This document shows positions 1-8,767 of a stretch of DNA of 64,000 nucleotides, piece by piece. The DNA comes from Vicinamibacterales bacterium (lineage in GTDB: Bacteria > Acidobacteriota > Vicinamibacteria > Vicinamibacterales > UBA2999), in contig DATDOE010000138.1 in assembly GCA_035293405.1 (NCBI GenBank), positions 46,462 to 110,461 on the forward strand, written 5' to 3'. The notes under the pieces were generated by a model that was not told the DNA's origin, did no database searches, and was given only the letters and a program-made list of their open reading frames with translations. The first letter of the stretch is position 1. Each line of letters opens with the position of its first letter. Made by a program: the position numbers and the translations under genes.

Positions 1-431
1 TCCGTTCGCTCGGCCTCGCGCCGGGCGACCGTGAGCTGGTTCTCCGCGGAGCGGACCGCCGACTGGGCCGACTGTTTCGCGTCTTCCAGCGTGCGCGTCT
101 CGATGCGTCCGAGCACAGCGCCCTGCTGAACGGCCTGCGCTTCGAGCACGTTCACTTCGAGCATCGACCCGCCCAGCTCCGCGCGGACGTTCGCTTCACG
201 CTCCGGCTTCAGCTCGCCGGATACGATCGGACCCACGATGACTGTGCCGTTCATCACCGTCACCACGTTCTCGGACCCGATCTGCACGACAGCAGCCGCC
301 GCGTCCGGACTCTTCTCCGCTTCTGCTCCACACGACGTCATGACCAGGGCGAGACCGATGATGCCGAGAGCAGACACAGAACGCTTTGCACTTTCAACTT
401 CACACTTCACACGTGCTCCCATGATCCTCAT
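1..431 (-). CDS. Efflux RND periplasmic adaptor (MFP/HlyD family) lipoprotein, N-terminal part; gene runs off the window
   Basis: My own minus-strand translation from ATG 431 reads MRIMGARVKCEVESAKRSVSALGIIGLALVMTSCGAEAEKSPD...VQIGSENVVTVMNGTVIVGPIVSGELKPEREANVRAELGGSMLEVNVLEAQAVQQGAVLGRIETRTLEDAKQSAQ. It has a lipobox (LVMTSC) and an MFP-like beta-barrel/lipoyl start. ATGA start/stop overlap with the TolC gene (428-431). Absent from the ORF track because it is truncated. Confidence 0.7.
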   Translation of the reverse strand, partial: MRIMGARVKCEVESAKRSVSALGIIGLALVMTSCGAEAEKSPDAAAAVVQIGSENVVTVMNGTVIVGPIVSGELKPEREANVRAELGGSMLEVNVLEAQAVQQGAVLGRIETRTLEDAKQSAQSAVRSAENQLTVARREAERT

Positions 432-2161
432 TGAATCCCCTGTGGCTGAATACCCTGCGCCGATGCGTTCCTGAACTGGCTGCCGGCCGCTGGTGACGGC
501 GCCGGCGCCTGAGGCGTCGGCTGCGCTGCGCGTGCGGCGGCGACGCCGGCCCCGCCGACCGGCAGATCCGGAAGCAGCGCCACGCGAGCGCGTGCCACCT
601 GTAAGTCGCGCGCCGCCTGGGTGCGATTGGCCTCGGCCTGCTGGAGCAGCAGGCGCGAATCCGACAACTCGAGCTGCGTGGACACACCGTTGGTGAAGCG
701 GACGTTGGCGATCTGATACGCGCGCTGCGCCTGCTCGATCGTGCCTGCACTCGCTTCCCAGGCCGCCCGCGCGGCAATCAACTCCGCCCACGCGGAACGC
801 GTATCGAGCGCCGCCAGCTCCTCGACCTGCTGTCTCTGGGCGCGCGCCTGCTCCAACTCCGCCTGCGCCACGGCTTCGTCGCCTCGCTGCCGGCCACCAG
901 TCAGGATCGGCACGCTCATGCTGGCGCCCACCGTCCAATTCGTCCGATTGAACGTGGGAAAAACACCTTCGGGATACGCGATGCGACTCAAGGTCGATGT
1001 CAACGAGAGGCTCGGCTTGCGCTGTGCCTCCACCAGCCGCATGGATGCTTCGCGCAGCTTCACGGTGGCCCCCGCTTCCGCCACCGCTGTCCGCTCGGGC
1101 AAGGTCGCGTTGACCTGCAGCGAGACCGTCGCGGTGTCTGCCGGGCGTAGCGTCCGCTCGACCGCCGCGACACGCTCGGCAAATACAGGTGGCGGCACGA
1201 GCGTCTCGTCACCGAGCGCGTCGGCGAGTTGCAGCGGATAGTCGGCGGGCAGTTCCAGCAGCTGTTTCAGGCGCAGCAAGGCGATGTCACGATTGGCCCG
1301 CTGGCGAATCAGGACAGGTGACTGGTTGTCCCGCGTGACGCGCGCGCGCAAGACCTCGAACTCTGGCTGCGTCCCGGCCTCGAATCCCGCTTGCGTCTGC
1401 TTCAACGTGGCGCCGGCCTGTTCGAGGGTCGCGTTGGCGATCGTCACCAGTCGCTCGCTGAGCACGGCGTCGTAATACGCCTGCGTCACATCGAACAGCA
1501 GTTGCCCGCGCGCGGTGGTCAGCGCCAGAGTCGCCGATTCATGCCCGACGGCAGCGACGTCTTCTTGCGCGCCGATTCGTCCTCCCGAGTACAGGTTCTG
1601 CGAGAACGACAGCGTCGCGCGCCAGGTGTTCTTGCGGCCAAACGGCAGATCCGAGAGCCCGCCGGAGTCCGAGCCGGTACTACCGAAGAAGCCGCCGCCG
1701 ACCGCACCGCAGTCGATCGCGCGTTCGATCTCGGTGACGCGCGCGTCGATCGACGCCAGCGGATTCGAGGAGAAGGGTGGACACGAGGGCCCCGACCCTC
1801 CACTGTCGAACACACCCGAGAACTCGGACGCCAGAGCGCGGTCGTAGCTCGCCGCCGCCGAGAGCTGAGGCAGGGCGTCGCTGTGCGCGCGCACCTGGTC
1901 GCCTTCGGCGCGCCGGACGCCGGCACGGGCAATCGCCACCGTTTCGCTCCGCGGTTCGGCCAGCGCAAGTACTTGCTCGAGTGTGAGCGGTCCCGCGGGC
2001 ACCGCAGGAGGTGTCTGAGCACCGAGAGGTGCAGTTGTCAGGACGAACAGCCACACAGCTGCCGCACCTCGCAGAGGCATCCGTCGTCGATCGCGCATTG
2101 CTTTGCTCAGTCCTTCCGGTGGTGAACCACGTGCAGAATGTTGAGACGCCTTGGCCCGCAC
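428..2161 (-). CDS. TolC/OprM-family outer-membrane efflux protein
   Basis: 577-aa ORF with a signal-like MPLRGAAAVWLFVLTTAPLGAQ. TolC-type repeats are present (LTLEQVLALAEPRSETVAIARAGVRRAEGD; FTNGVSTQLELSDSRLLLQQAEANRTQAARDLQVARARVALL). It lies between MarR and MFP genes. The true start is probably Met at 2098 or 2080. Confidence 0.85.
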   Translation of the reverse strand: MRAKASQHSARGSPPEGLSKAMRDRRRMPLRGAAAVWLFVLTTAPLGAQTPPAVPAGPLTLEQVLALAEPRSETVAIARAGVRRAEGDQVRAHSDALPQLSAAASYDRALASEFSGVFDSGGSGPSCPPFSSNPLASIDARVTEIERAIDCGAVGGGFFGSTGSDSGGLSDLPFGRKNTWRATLSFSQNLYSGGRIGAQEDVAAVGHESATLALTTARGQLLFDVTQAYYDAVLSERLVTIANATLEQAGATLKQTQAGFEAGTQPEFEVLRARVTRDNQSPVLIRQRANRDIALLRLKQLLELPADYPLQLADALGDETLVPPPVFAERVAAVERTLRPADTATVSLQVNATLPERTAVAEAGATVKLREASMRLVEAQRKPSLSLTSTLSRIAYPEGVFPTFNRTNWTVGASMSVPILTGGRQRGDEAVAQAELEQARAQRQQVEELAALDTRSAWAELIAARAAWEASAGTIEQAQRAYQIANVRFTNGVSTQLELSDSRLLLQQAEANRTQAARDLQVARARVALLPDLPVGGAGVAAARAAQPTPQAPAPSPAAGSQFRNASAQGIQPQGIQ

Positions 2162-2187
2162 AAACGACCCGGGCGCGTCGATGCGGC

Positions 2188-2748
2188 CTATTCCCGCCTC
2201 CCCTGTGATGACGGTGCCAACCTCGCTGTTGTTCGGCGACGGCGGCGCTTCGGGCGCGCATCCTCAGGGACCAGTGGTGACTGCGTTTGAAGCCAGACCA
2301 CGTGCTCAGCCGCCAGCGTCAGCGCGCGCGACAGATAGTCAACGACGACCGCCAACTGCCGGTCGCCATACTCTTCGTTGAGTCGTGTCACGGCAACGGC
2401 AAGGGGCCCATAGAGGAGCTCGATCTGGCGCAGGCGGTCTGGCAGTGCCTCCACCAGCACGCAGCGCCGGTCTTCGGTGGCGCGCAGCCGCTTGGCGAAG
2501 CCGGCCCCCTCGAGCCGATCAATCACCGCCGTCATCGCACCAGTGGTCAGGCCGGTGTGGACAGCCAGACGTCCCGCGGACGTCGGCCCCGCCAAGCCAA
2601 GCAGATCGAGACACTCGAGGTCGGTGGAGTTCAGCCCGACGAGCTTGGCGACCGTGTCGCTCATCAGGACCGACTGGGCTCCGACTTTGCGGAGCGTCTC
2701 ATCGAGCGCCTTCAGCAAGTCGGCGCGGGGCGGAATGGATTTCGGCAC
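2188..2748 (-). CDS. MarR-family transcriptional regulator
   Basis: 186 aa with a winged-HTH MarR pattern (LNSTDLECLDLLGLAGPTSAGRLAVHTGLTTGAMTAVIDRLEGAGFAKRLRATEDRRCVLVE). It is the first gene of the MarR-TolC-MFP string. Confidence 0.85.
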   Translation of the reverse strand: MPKSIPPRADLLKALDETLRKVGAQSVLMSDTVAKLVGLNSTDLECLDLLGLAGPTSAGRLAVHTGLTTGAMTAVIDRLEGAGFAKRLRATEDRRCVLVEALPDRLRQIELLYGPLAVAVTRLNEEYGDRQLAVVVDYLSRALTLAAEHVVWLQTQSPLVPEDARPKRRRRRTTARLAPSSQGRRE

Positions 2749-2769
2749 GATAGTAACAATCTCGCACTA

Positions 2770-2796
2770 CAAGTATCTTTCATGTCAAGATACTTG
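2770..2796. promoter_or_regulatory. Perfect 10-bp inverted repeat (caagtatctt-N7-aagatacttg), candidate MarR operator
   Basis: AT-rich palindrome 22 nt upstream of the MarR start codon (2748), inside an otherwise about 70% GC genome. Confidence 0.45.
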
Positions 2797-2808
2797 CCGC
2801 AAGAGCCA

Positions 2809-3555
2809 CTATTGATGTAAGCGCTTTTCGACTTCGGGCAGCACCACCTCGGACGGCCCCTGAATCGCGAGATCGACGATGCCCGAGGCAGGGGACGGGT
2901 CCAGATTGATCTCCGCCGTGAACGCGCCGAGACGTTTGGCTTCGTGAACGAGGCCGGCCGCGGGATAGACGACCGACGAAGTGCCGACGGTCAGAAATAC
3001 GTCGCACGCGCACGCGTCGAGCGCGGCGTTGACGTCGTCGGGATGCAGGGCTTCCCCGAACCAGACGACCCCAGGCCGCGCCAATCCTCCACAGCGAGGG
3101 CAGCGGGGCGGCAACTGGGCAAAGGGCGCCTGCTCGTCGTGCCAGGGCCCCTCGCCGCACTCGTCCCAGCACGCCAGGTCCCAGAGGGATCCGTGCAGCC
3201 GTATCAGGCCAGATGTCCCGGCGCGGAGGTGGAGATCGTCAACGTTCTGCGTGATGACCCGGCACGTCTCCATGCGCGCCGACCACCAGGCGATGACGTC
3301 GTGCCCGGCGTTGGGCTGGGACGCGGCGACGGTCTCGCGGCGCCAGGCGTACCACTCCCACACGAGCTGCGGATCGCGCCGGAATGCCCCGGGGGTTGCG
3401 AGGTCCTCCGCGCGAAACTGTCGCCACAATCCCGCGGCGCCGCGAAACGTCGGCACGCCGCTCGCCGCCGACACGCCGGCTCCGGTCAGGACCGTCACCC
3501 GCGATGCATGGCGCACGCGGTCGGCCAGCGCGTCGAGGGCCCCGTCAACACTCAC
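2809..3555 (-). CDS. cobB: NAD-dependent protein deacylase, Sir2 family
   Basis: 248 aa. Carries the GAGVSAASGVPTFRG, QNVDDLH and Zn-ribbon Cys pairs (CWDEC ... CPRC). Confidence 0.9.
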   Translation of the reverse strand: MSVDGALDALADRVRHASRVTVLTGAGVSAASGVPTFRGAAGLWRQFRAEDLATPGAFRRDPQLVWEWYAWRRETVAASQPNAGHDVIAWWSARMETCRVITQNVDDLHLRAGTSGLIRLHGSLWDLACWDECGEGPWHDEQAPFAQLPPRCPRCGGLARPGVVWFGEALHPDDVNAALDACACDVFLTVGTSSVVYPAAGLVHEAKRLGAFTAEINLDPSPASGIVDLAIQGPSEVVLPEVEKRLHQ

Positions 3556-3659
3556 TGGGGGGATCCTAACGCGAGCGGAGCCGCATGCGGTGCCGTCAAA
3601 TCTCGCTCAATGCCTGGACTTCACACAGATACCTGTCCTACCATCCGGGCCAGTCAGTA

Positions 3660-5939
3660 ATGGGAGATGTCAGCGTGAAAATCCGAACTCGTCTCATGAG
3701 CGCTGCGGTTGCGGCCTTTGTGGCTGCGGCGGCGGTATCGGTCGGTGTACAAGGGCAGGCCCCGGCGACGCCGGCGTCCGGCTACATCACCGGCGTCGTC
3801 CAGGGTGAGGCCGGGCCCGAGGCCGGCGTCTGGGTCATCGCCGAGACCAAAACCCTTCCGACCAACTTCATCAAGATCGTCGTCACGGACGATCGCGGAC
3901 GGTTCATGGTGCCGGAGCTGCCGAGCGCCACCTACAGCGTCTGGGTCCGCGGCTACGGGATCGTTGATTCGCAGCCGCAACAGTTGAAGCCCGGCACCGC
4001 CTCGGTCACGCTGCGCGCCACGACCGCGAAGACGCCGCAGGAAGCCGCGAAAGTCTACCCAGGCAACTACTGGCTCTCCCTGCTCGAACCGCCGGCCGCG
4101 AAGGAGTTTCCGGGAACGGGCGCTCAGGGCAACGGCCTCGGCGAGCGAATGGTGTCGCAGAACCACTGGATCAACTCGCTGAAGTCGGACTGCAACTTCT
4201 GCCATCAGCTCGGGAATCAGCTCACTCGCAACGTTGACCATGTGCTCAAGGCGAAGCCGGAGCTGAAGACCCACGCCGAGGCATGGGAGTGGCGGCTCGG
4301 CACAGGCGTGCGCGGCACGTCGATGTACGGTGTCCTCGGTTCTCAGGGTCAGACTCGATCTCTGAAGGTGTACGCGGATTGGACCGAGCGCGTCGCGAAG
4401 GGCGAGGTGCCGCCGGCGCCGGCGCGACCGAGTGGTGTCGAACGGAACCTCGTGCTGACGCTCTGGGATGTCGGCGACGACCACTCGTTCATGCACGACC
4501 TGGCCTCGACCGACAAGAATCGACCGACGGTGAACCCGAACGGGGCGATCTACGCCGTGTCCGCCGGGCACGGGTCGCTCGTCGTGCTCGATCCGCGCAC
4601 GAATTCGAGCGACGAGATCGAGATCCCGACCCGCACGCCGCGCGCCGAGGTGCCATCACGTTTCCCGAGGCCGAATCGCCCGTCGCTGTGGTGGGGCGAC
4701 ACGCACCTGTGGGCAAACCCGCCGTACAACCCGGCCGATCCGCACAACCCGATGCTCGACAGCAAGGGCCGCGTGTGGATGACGTCGAAGATACGCCCCA
4801 ACGCCGACCCGAGCTGGTGCTACGACCCGGCGAACAAGTTCGCCGCGTGGTTCCCGCTGCGCAACAGCGGCCGGCAGGCGTCGTACTTCGATCCGAGGAC
4901 GAAGCAGTTCGTGCTCATCGACACCTGCTACGCCACGCACCACCTGCAGTTCGATAACGATGCGAACGAAACGGTCTACTTCAACGAGCTGTCCGGACCG
5001 ATCGTTGGTTGGATCGACACCAAGGTCTACGACGAGACGAAGGACGAGCAGAAAGCCGTCGGCTGGTGCGGACAGGTCGTCGATACCAACGGCGATGGAC
5101 GCATCACCGCTCCGCCATGGAATCGCATCACGGCTCGCGGCGAATCGCTCCTCTACTCGGGTGACACGACGGGGACGCCGGCGGCAGGCGGCCGGCCAGC
5201 GGGCGCCGGTCCCGTTGCGGGTGCCGGCGGCGGACCCGACGGCAAACTCGACACGATGGTGAGCTACAGCCTCTACGGCGTGATCCCGAGCCCGGTGGAC
5301 AACTCGATCTGGGGCGTAGCGGAGCGCTATCCGGGTTATCTCGTTCGTGTCGATCGCGGGAACAACCCCCCGCAGTCGTGCATGACGGAGATCTATAAAG
5401 TGCCCGAGCCGGGCTTCGATCCGCGCGGCGTGGACATCGACACCAACGGCGTCGTGTGGACGGCGCTCGCGGCGAGCAGCCATCTGGCCAGCTTCGATCG
5501 CCGCAAGTGCAAGGCGATCACGGGCCCGCGCAAGGTTGACGGCAGCGAGTGCGCCGAAGGCTGGACGCTGTATCAGACGACCGGGCCGAAGCTGAAAGGC
5601 ACGAACGTTCCGGCCGACTTCCACTATTACAACTGGGTGGATCAACACAACATTCTTGGACTCGGCACCAACAAGCCGATAGCCACCGGGTCGAACTCCG
5701 ACTCGCTGCTCGTGCTCGATCCGCAGACGCGCCAGTGGACCACGCTGCGTGTTCCGTATCCGATGGGCTTCTACTCCCGCGGCCTCGACGGTCGCATCGA
5801 CAACCCGAATGGCGGCTGGAAAGGCCGTGCGCTCTACGCGAACTACGGCACGCACTTCGTCTGGCATATCGAGGGCGGGAAGGGTACGAAGGGCAAGGTG
5901 GTGAAATTCCAGCTGCGGCCCGATCCGCTGGCGAACTAA
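3660..5939 (+). CDS. Secreted CarboxypepD_reg-domain protein with a single CXXCH motif and a large beta-propeller-like C-terminal region
   Basis: Signal peptide LMSAAVAAFVAAAAVSVGVQGQ. CarboxypepD_reg-like segment GYITGVVQGE...DDRGRFMVPELPSATYSVWVRGYG. CNFCH at 4191-4205. Start chosen at ATG 3660; GTG 3675 and ATG 3696 are also possible. Confidence 0.6.
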   Translation: MGDVSVKIRTRLMSAAVAAFVAAAAVSVGVQGQAPATPASGYITGVVQGEAGPEAGVWVIAETKTLPTNFIKIVVTDDRGRFMVPELPSATYSVWVRGYGIVDSQPQQLKPGTASVTLRATTAKTPQEAAKVYPGNYWLSLLEPPAAKEFPGTGAQGNGLGERMVSQNHWINSLKSDCNFCHQLGNQLTRNVDHVLKAKPELKTHAEAWEWRLGTGVRGTSMYGVLGSQGQTRSLKVYADWTERVAKGEVPPAPARPSGVERNLVLTLWDVGDDHSFMHDLASTDKNRPTVNPNGAIYAVSAGHGSLVVLDPRTNSSDEIEIPTRTPRAEVPSRFPRPNRPSLWWGDTHLWANPPYNPADPHNPMLDSKGRVWMTSKIRPNADPSWCYDPANKFAAWFPLRNSGRQASYFDPRTKQFVLIDTCYATHHLQFDNDANETVYFNELSGPIVGWIDTKVYDETKDEQKAVGWCGQVVDTNGDGRITAPPWNRITARGESLLYSGDTTGTPAAGGRPAGAGPVAGAGGGPDGKLDTMVSYSLYGVIPSPVDNSIWGVAERYPGYLVRVDRGNNPPQSCMTEIYKVPEPGFDPRGVDIDTNGVVWTALAASSHLASFDRRKCKAITGPRKVDGSECAEGWTLYQTTGPKLKGTNVPADFHYYNWVDQHNILGLGTNKPIATGSNSDSLLVLDPQTRQWTTLRVPYPMGFYSRGLDGRIDNPNGGWKGRALYANYGTHFVWHIEGGKGTKGKVVKFQLRPDPLAN

Positions 5940-5958
5940 AGCGGGTCCTCCACGCCCG

Positions 5959-6885
5959 ATGATGATGAATGCGATTCTGGCATTGCTGTTGTTGCTTCAG
6001 GCGACAACAGCAGCGCGGCCGGGCGTCGTGACGGGACAGTTGCAGACGCGCGAAGGTGCGCCGGCTGCAGCCGTTCGTATCTCGGCTCTGCCGGCGCCGC
6101 CGGTGAGCATCCTGCCGTCCGACGGTCAGAACTACTTCGCGACAACGACCCCTGCGAGCACGGCGCTGACCGACGCGCAGGGGCGCTATCGCCTCACCAA
6201 CCTCGCGCCTGGCCGGTACTTGATCGTCGCCAGCGCGTTCGGCTATCCGACATTTCATCCTGGAACGACGAGCGCTGACCGCGCCACGGCCGTCGCCGTT
6301 GCCGCCGACTCGCCTGCTGACGGCGTCGACTTCACGGTCGTGATGCCGCCGGGCGGGCGTGTCAGCGGCCGGGTCAGCACGCCGCCAACGACCAGCGGAC
6401 AGGAGAAGGCGATCCTCTCGGGTCTCGCGTTGGGCGAGCTGCTCGAGACTCCGGTCGGATCGGACGGGTCGTTCAGCTTCGGCCATCTTCCGAAGGGCGT
6501 GTATCTCCTCAGTCTGTTCCCGACGCCCCCAGGCATGCCGTCGCACGTATTTCAGGTCGGCGAGACCGACACGCGCCTGGATCTCGTGCGGCCGACGCTG
6601 CGCCGCGTCTCGGGGCGCCTCGTCGCGCAGACAGGCTCACTGCCCCGAGTGCTGCTCGGCTTTTCCACGGAACGAAGTTATGTGACGGCGGACGTCAGAG
6701 CGGACGGGACGTTCAGCGCTCAGCTGCAACCGGCCCGTCACACCATCGAGCTCGGAGGGCTGACTGCCGGCTATTCGCTGGCGTCCGCTCGCCTCGATGC
6801 CCAGGACGTGTCGAAGGGTCTTGAGGTCGGCGCAGGAGACATCGCCGGGCTCGTAATCACCGTGGCTCCTCCTGCCCATCGCTGA
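5959..6885 (+). CDS. Secreted carboxypeptidase-regulatory-like domain protein
   Basis: 308 aa with signal MMMNAILALLLLLQATTAA. Repeated CarboxypepD_reg motifs (GVVTGQLQT..., DAQGRYRLTNLAPGRYLIVASAFGY, GRVSGRV...GSFSFGHLPKGVYLLSL). Confidence 0.6.
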   Translation: MMMNAILALLLLLQATTAARPGVVTGQLQTREGAPAAAVRISALPAPPVSILPSDGQNYFATTTPASTALTDAQGRYRLTNLAPGRYLIVASAFGYPTFHPGTTSADRATAVAVAADSPADGVDFTVVMPPGGRVSGRVSTPPTTSGQEKAILSGLALGELLETPVGSDGSFSFGHLPKGVYLLSLFPTPPGMPSHVFQVGETDTRLDLVRPTLRRVSGRLVAQTGSLPRVLLGFSTERSYVTADVRADGTFSAQLQPARHTIELGGLTAGYSLASARLDAQDVSKGLEVGAGDIAGLVITVAPPAHR

Positions 6886-6890
6886 CGGGA

Positions 6891-6963
6891 ACGTAGGCCG
6901 GGTCCTGTTCTTTGGACCCGGCCGGGCCCCAGGCGGGTCTACACAACAAGACCCGCCCTACGT
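6891..6963. repeat. REP/BIME-like element: two GTAG-headed hairpins in inverted orientation
   Basis: Sequence acGTAGGCCGGGTCC-n9-GGACCCGGCC ... GGCGGGTCtacacaacaaGACCCGCCCTACgt, with termini acgtagg/cctacgt. It lies immediately after the stop at 6885. A near-copy is at 35736-35813. Confidence 0.6.
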
Positions 6964-6981
6964 CCCGCGACGAGCCACCAG

Positions 6982-8643
6982 CTAATCGGGCATGAGCGCA
7001 AACGTCCACACGGAGCCCCCGGTCGGCACCTTGCCGGCCGCATAGCGATTCGCGAGACCGCCGCCAAGCCCCGACGCCACGGTCACATACTGCCGCCCCT
7101 TGTGTGTGTAGGTGATCGCCGTCGAATTGATGCTCGATCCTGTCTTGAACTGCCACAGTGTCTTGCCGGTCGCTTCGTCGAGCGCGAGGAGCTCACCGGT
7201 CAATCTGCCGGTGAACACCAGCCCGCCACCAGTGGCCAGCATGCCGGCCGAGCTCGGCAGATCGGTCAACGGGACCTCCCACTTCTTCTCGCCCGTCAGG
7301 GGATTGATCGCGGCGAAGTGACCGAGCACGTCGCCCGGCTTGACGTCCGGGAGCCGGCTGGTCACGCCGGTGGAAGGCGCGCCAACGACTTGTAGGGTCG
7401 TCGGCGGCGTGAGCTTCTGGATGCGCGGCAGGTTCCACGTCGACGCATAGACGAGGCCCGTGCTCGGATTGAACGCGATCGGCACGGCGTTCGTGCCACG
7501 CGACGGCCAGATCTCGACTTCCTCACCTGTCAGGAATCGCTTGTAGACATCGGTCAACACCGGCCGACCAGTCGCAAGGTCGATGCGGCTGGCCCAATTG
7601 ACTTTGACGTAGGGATGCGCGGCGACCAGCCGGCAATTGGTGCGGTCCACCACGTACAGGAAGCCATTCTTGTTTGGCTGGATCATCACCTTCCGCGGCT
7701 GGCCGCCAACCTGGATATCCGCGAGCACATGTTCGTCGGCGCCGTCCACGTCGTACACGTCGTTGGGCGTGTACTGGAAGTGACAGACCAACTCCCCCGT
7801 CTTCGGGCGGATCGCAAGCACGCTGGACGTGAACAAACTGTCCAGACCCTCACGAGGCCCGGGGTCGTACGGCTCGGCGTTACCCGTGCCCCAATACACA
7901 AGATCGAGCTGCGGATCGTACGAACCGGATCGCCATGTGGGGCCCCCGCCGGACTTCCAGGCGTCACTGTTCTTGGGCCATGTCTCGGAGCCCGGCTCGC
8001 CGGGTGCGGGGATGGTGTACCGGCGCCACAGTTTCTTCCCGGTGGCGGGGTCCCAACCATCGAGGAACCCGCGCGTGGTGGACTCTCCGCCGGCCATCCC
8101 TGAGATCAACACGCCACTCGCCACAATCGGGGCGCTCGTCGCGTAGTAGCCCTCTCGAGAGTCGGCGAACTTCTGGTTCCACACTTCCTTGCCGGTCTTC
8201 ATGTCGAGCGCGAGCACGTGGTTGTCGATCGTCACGCGAAAAACCTTGCCGTTGTAGATCGTCGCCGCGCCTCTCGTGATCGCGGCCCGCTGGGTGCCCG
8301 CCTCGAGCGTCACCGGCGTGCGCCAGATCTGCCGGCCGGTCTCCACGTCGATGGCAAAGGTCCACCGGCCGTTGATCACGTACATGACCCCGTCGTACAC
8401 AGTCGGCGCCGCCAGTTCACCCAAGTCGTTCATGAGACTCGAGCTCCAGATCGGCACCAATCGTTTGACGTTGGATTTGGTGATCTGCTTCAGCGGACTG
8501 TAGCTCTTTCGGTCGTACCCCATGCTCTGGGTGGTGACGTTTTCCGTGTTCTTCCCGTCGTTGACGAGCTCCTCCGTCGTCTGAGTCGATCCCACGCCGG
8601 GCCATGAGGCCAGAAGCGCCGCCAGCAACAAGACTTTCTTCAT
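6982..8643 (-). CDS. PQQ-dependent dehydrogenase, methanol/ethanol family (XoxF/PedH-like signature)
   Basis: Signal MKKVLLLAALLASWPGVGS with GGAGG 6 nt upstream of ATG 8643. Eight-bladed quinoprotein motifs are present (VYDGVMYV, GKVFRVT, GMAGGESTTRGFL, VYWGTGNAEPYDP, TPNDVYDVDGADE, KTLWQFKTGSSINSTAITY). Confidence 0.85.
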   Translation of the reverse strand: MKKVLLLAALLASWPGVGSTQTTEELVNDGKNTENVTTQSMGYDRKSYSPLKQITKSNVKRLVPIWSSSLMNDLGELAAPTVYDGVMYVINGRWTFAIDVETGRQIWRTPVTLEAGTQRAAITRGAATIYNGKVFRVTIDNHVLALDMKTGKEVWNQKFADSREGYYATSAPIVASGVLISGMAGGESTTRGFLDGWDPATGKKLWRRYTIPAPGEPGSETWPKNSDAWKSGGGPTWRSGSYDPQLDLVYWGTGNAEPYDPGPREGLDSLFTSSVLAIRPKTGELVCHFQYTPNDVYDVDGADEHVLADIQVGGQPRKVMIQPNKNGFLYVVDRTNCRLVAAHPYVKVNWASRIDLATGRPVLTDVYKRFLTGEEVEIWPSRGTNAVPIAFNPSTGLVYASTWNLPRIQKLTPPTTLQVVGAPSTGVTSRLPDVKPGDVLGHFAAINPLTGEKKWEVPLTDLPSSAGMLATGGGLVFTGRLTGELLALDEATGKTLWQFKTGSSINSTAITYTHKGRQYVTVASGLGGGLANRYAAGKVPTGGSVWTFALMPD

Positions 8644-8705
8644 GATCAGCCTCCCCAGGGAGCTCACAATCGGGTCACCTCGGTGGTCGGCGCCAGTATA
8701 GACAA

Positions 8706-8724
8706 GCTACCGGCTACCGGCTAC
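8706..8724. repeat. Heptamer array (CTACCGG) x2.5
   Basis: gctaccggctaccggctac, in the divergent intergenic region between the PQQ dehydrogenase and ORF 8768. Same unit as 34455-34486; the reverse-complement unit is at 11185-11217. Confidence 0.6.
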
Positions 8725-8767
8725 AAGCCGCCAGATATAGAATCCCCACGCCACCAGGAGGGTCTTC

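Noticed and set aside
4656-5867. 403-aa minus-strand ORF, and many similar long ORFs: 11288-12610(+), 17789-18709(-), 25776-27647(+), 34511-35425(-), 41601-42608(-), 47398-48843(+), 49427-51031(-), 53799-54635(+), 55198-56190(+).
   Set aside because: Each lies antisense to, or out of frame within, a gene with clear family motifs. Their products are Arg/Ala/Gly/Pro-rich low-complexity strings typical of stop-free alternative frames in about 70% GC DNA.
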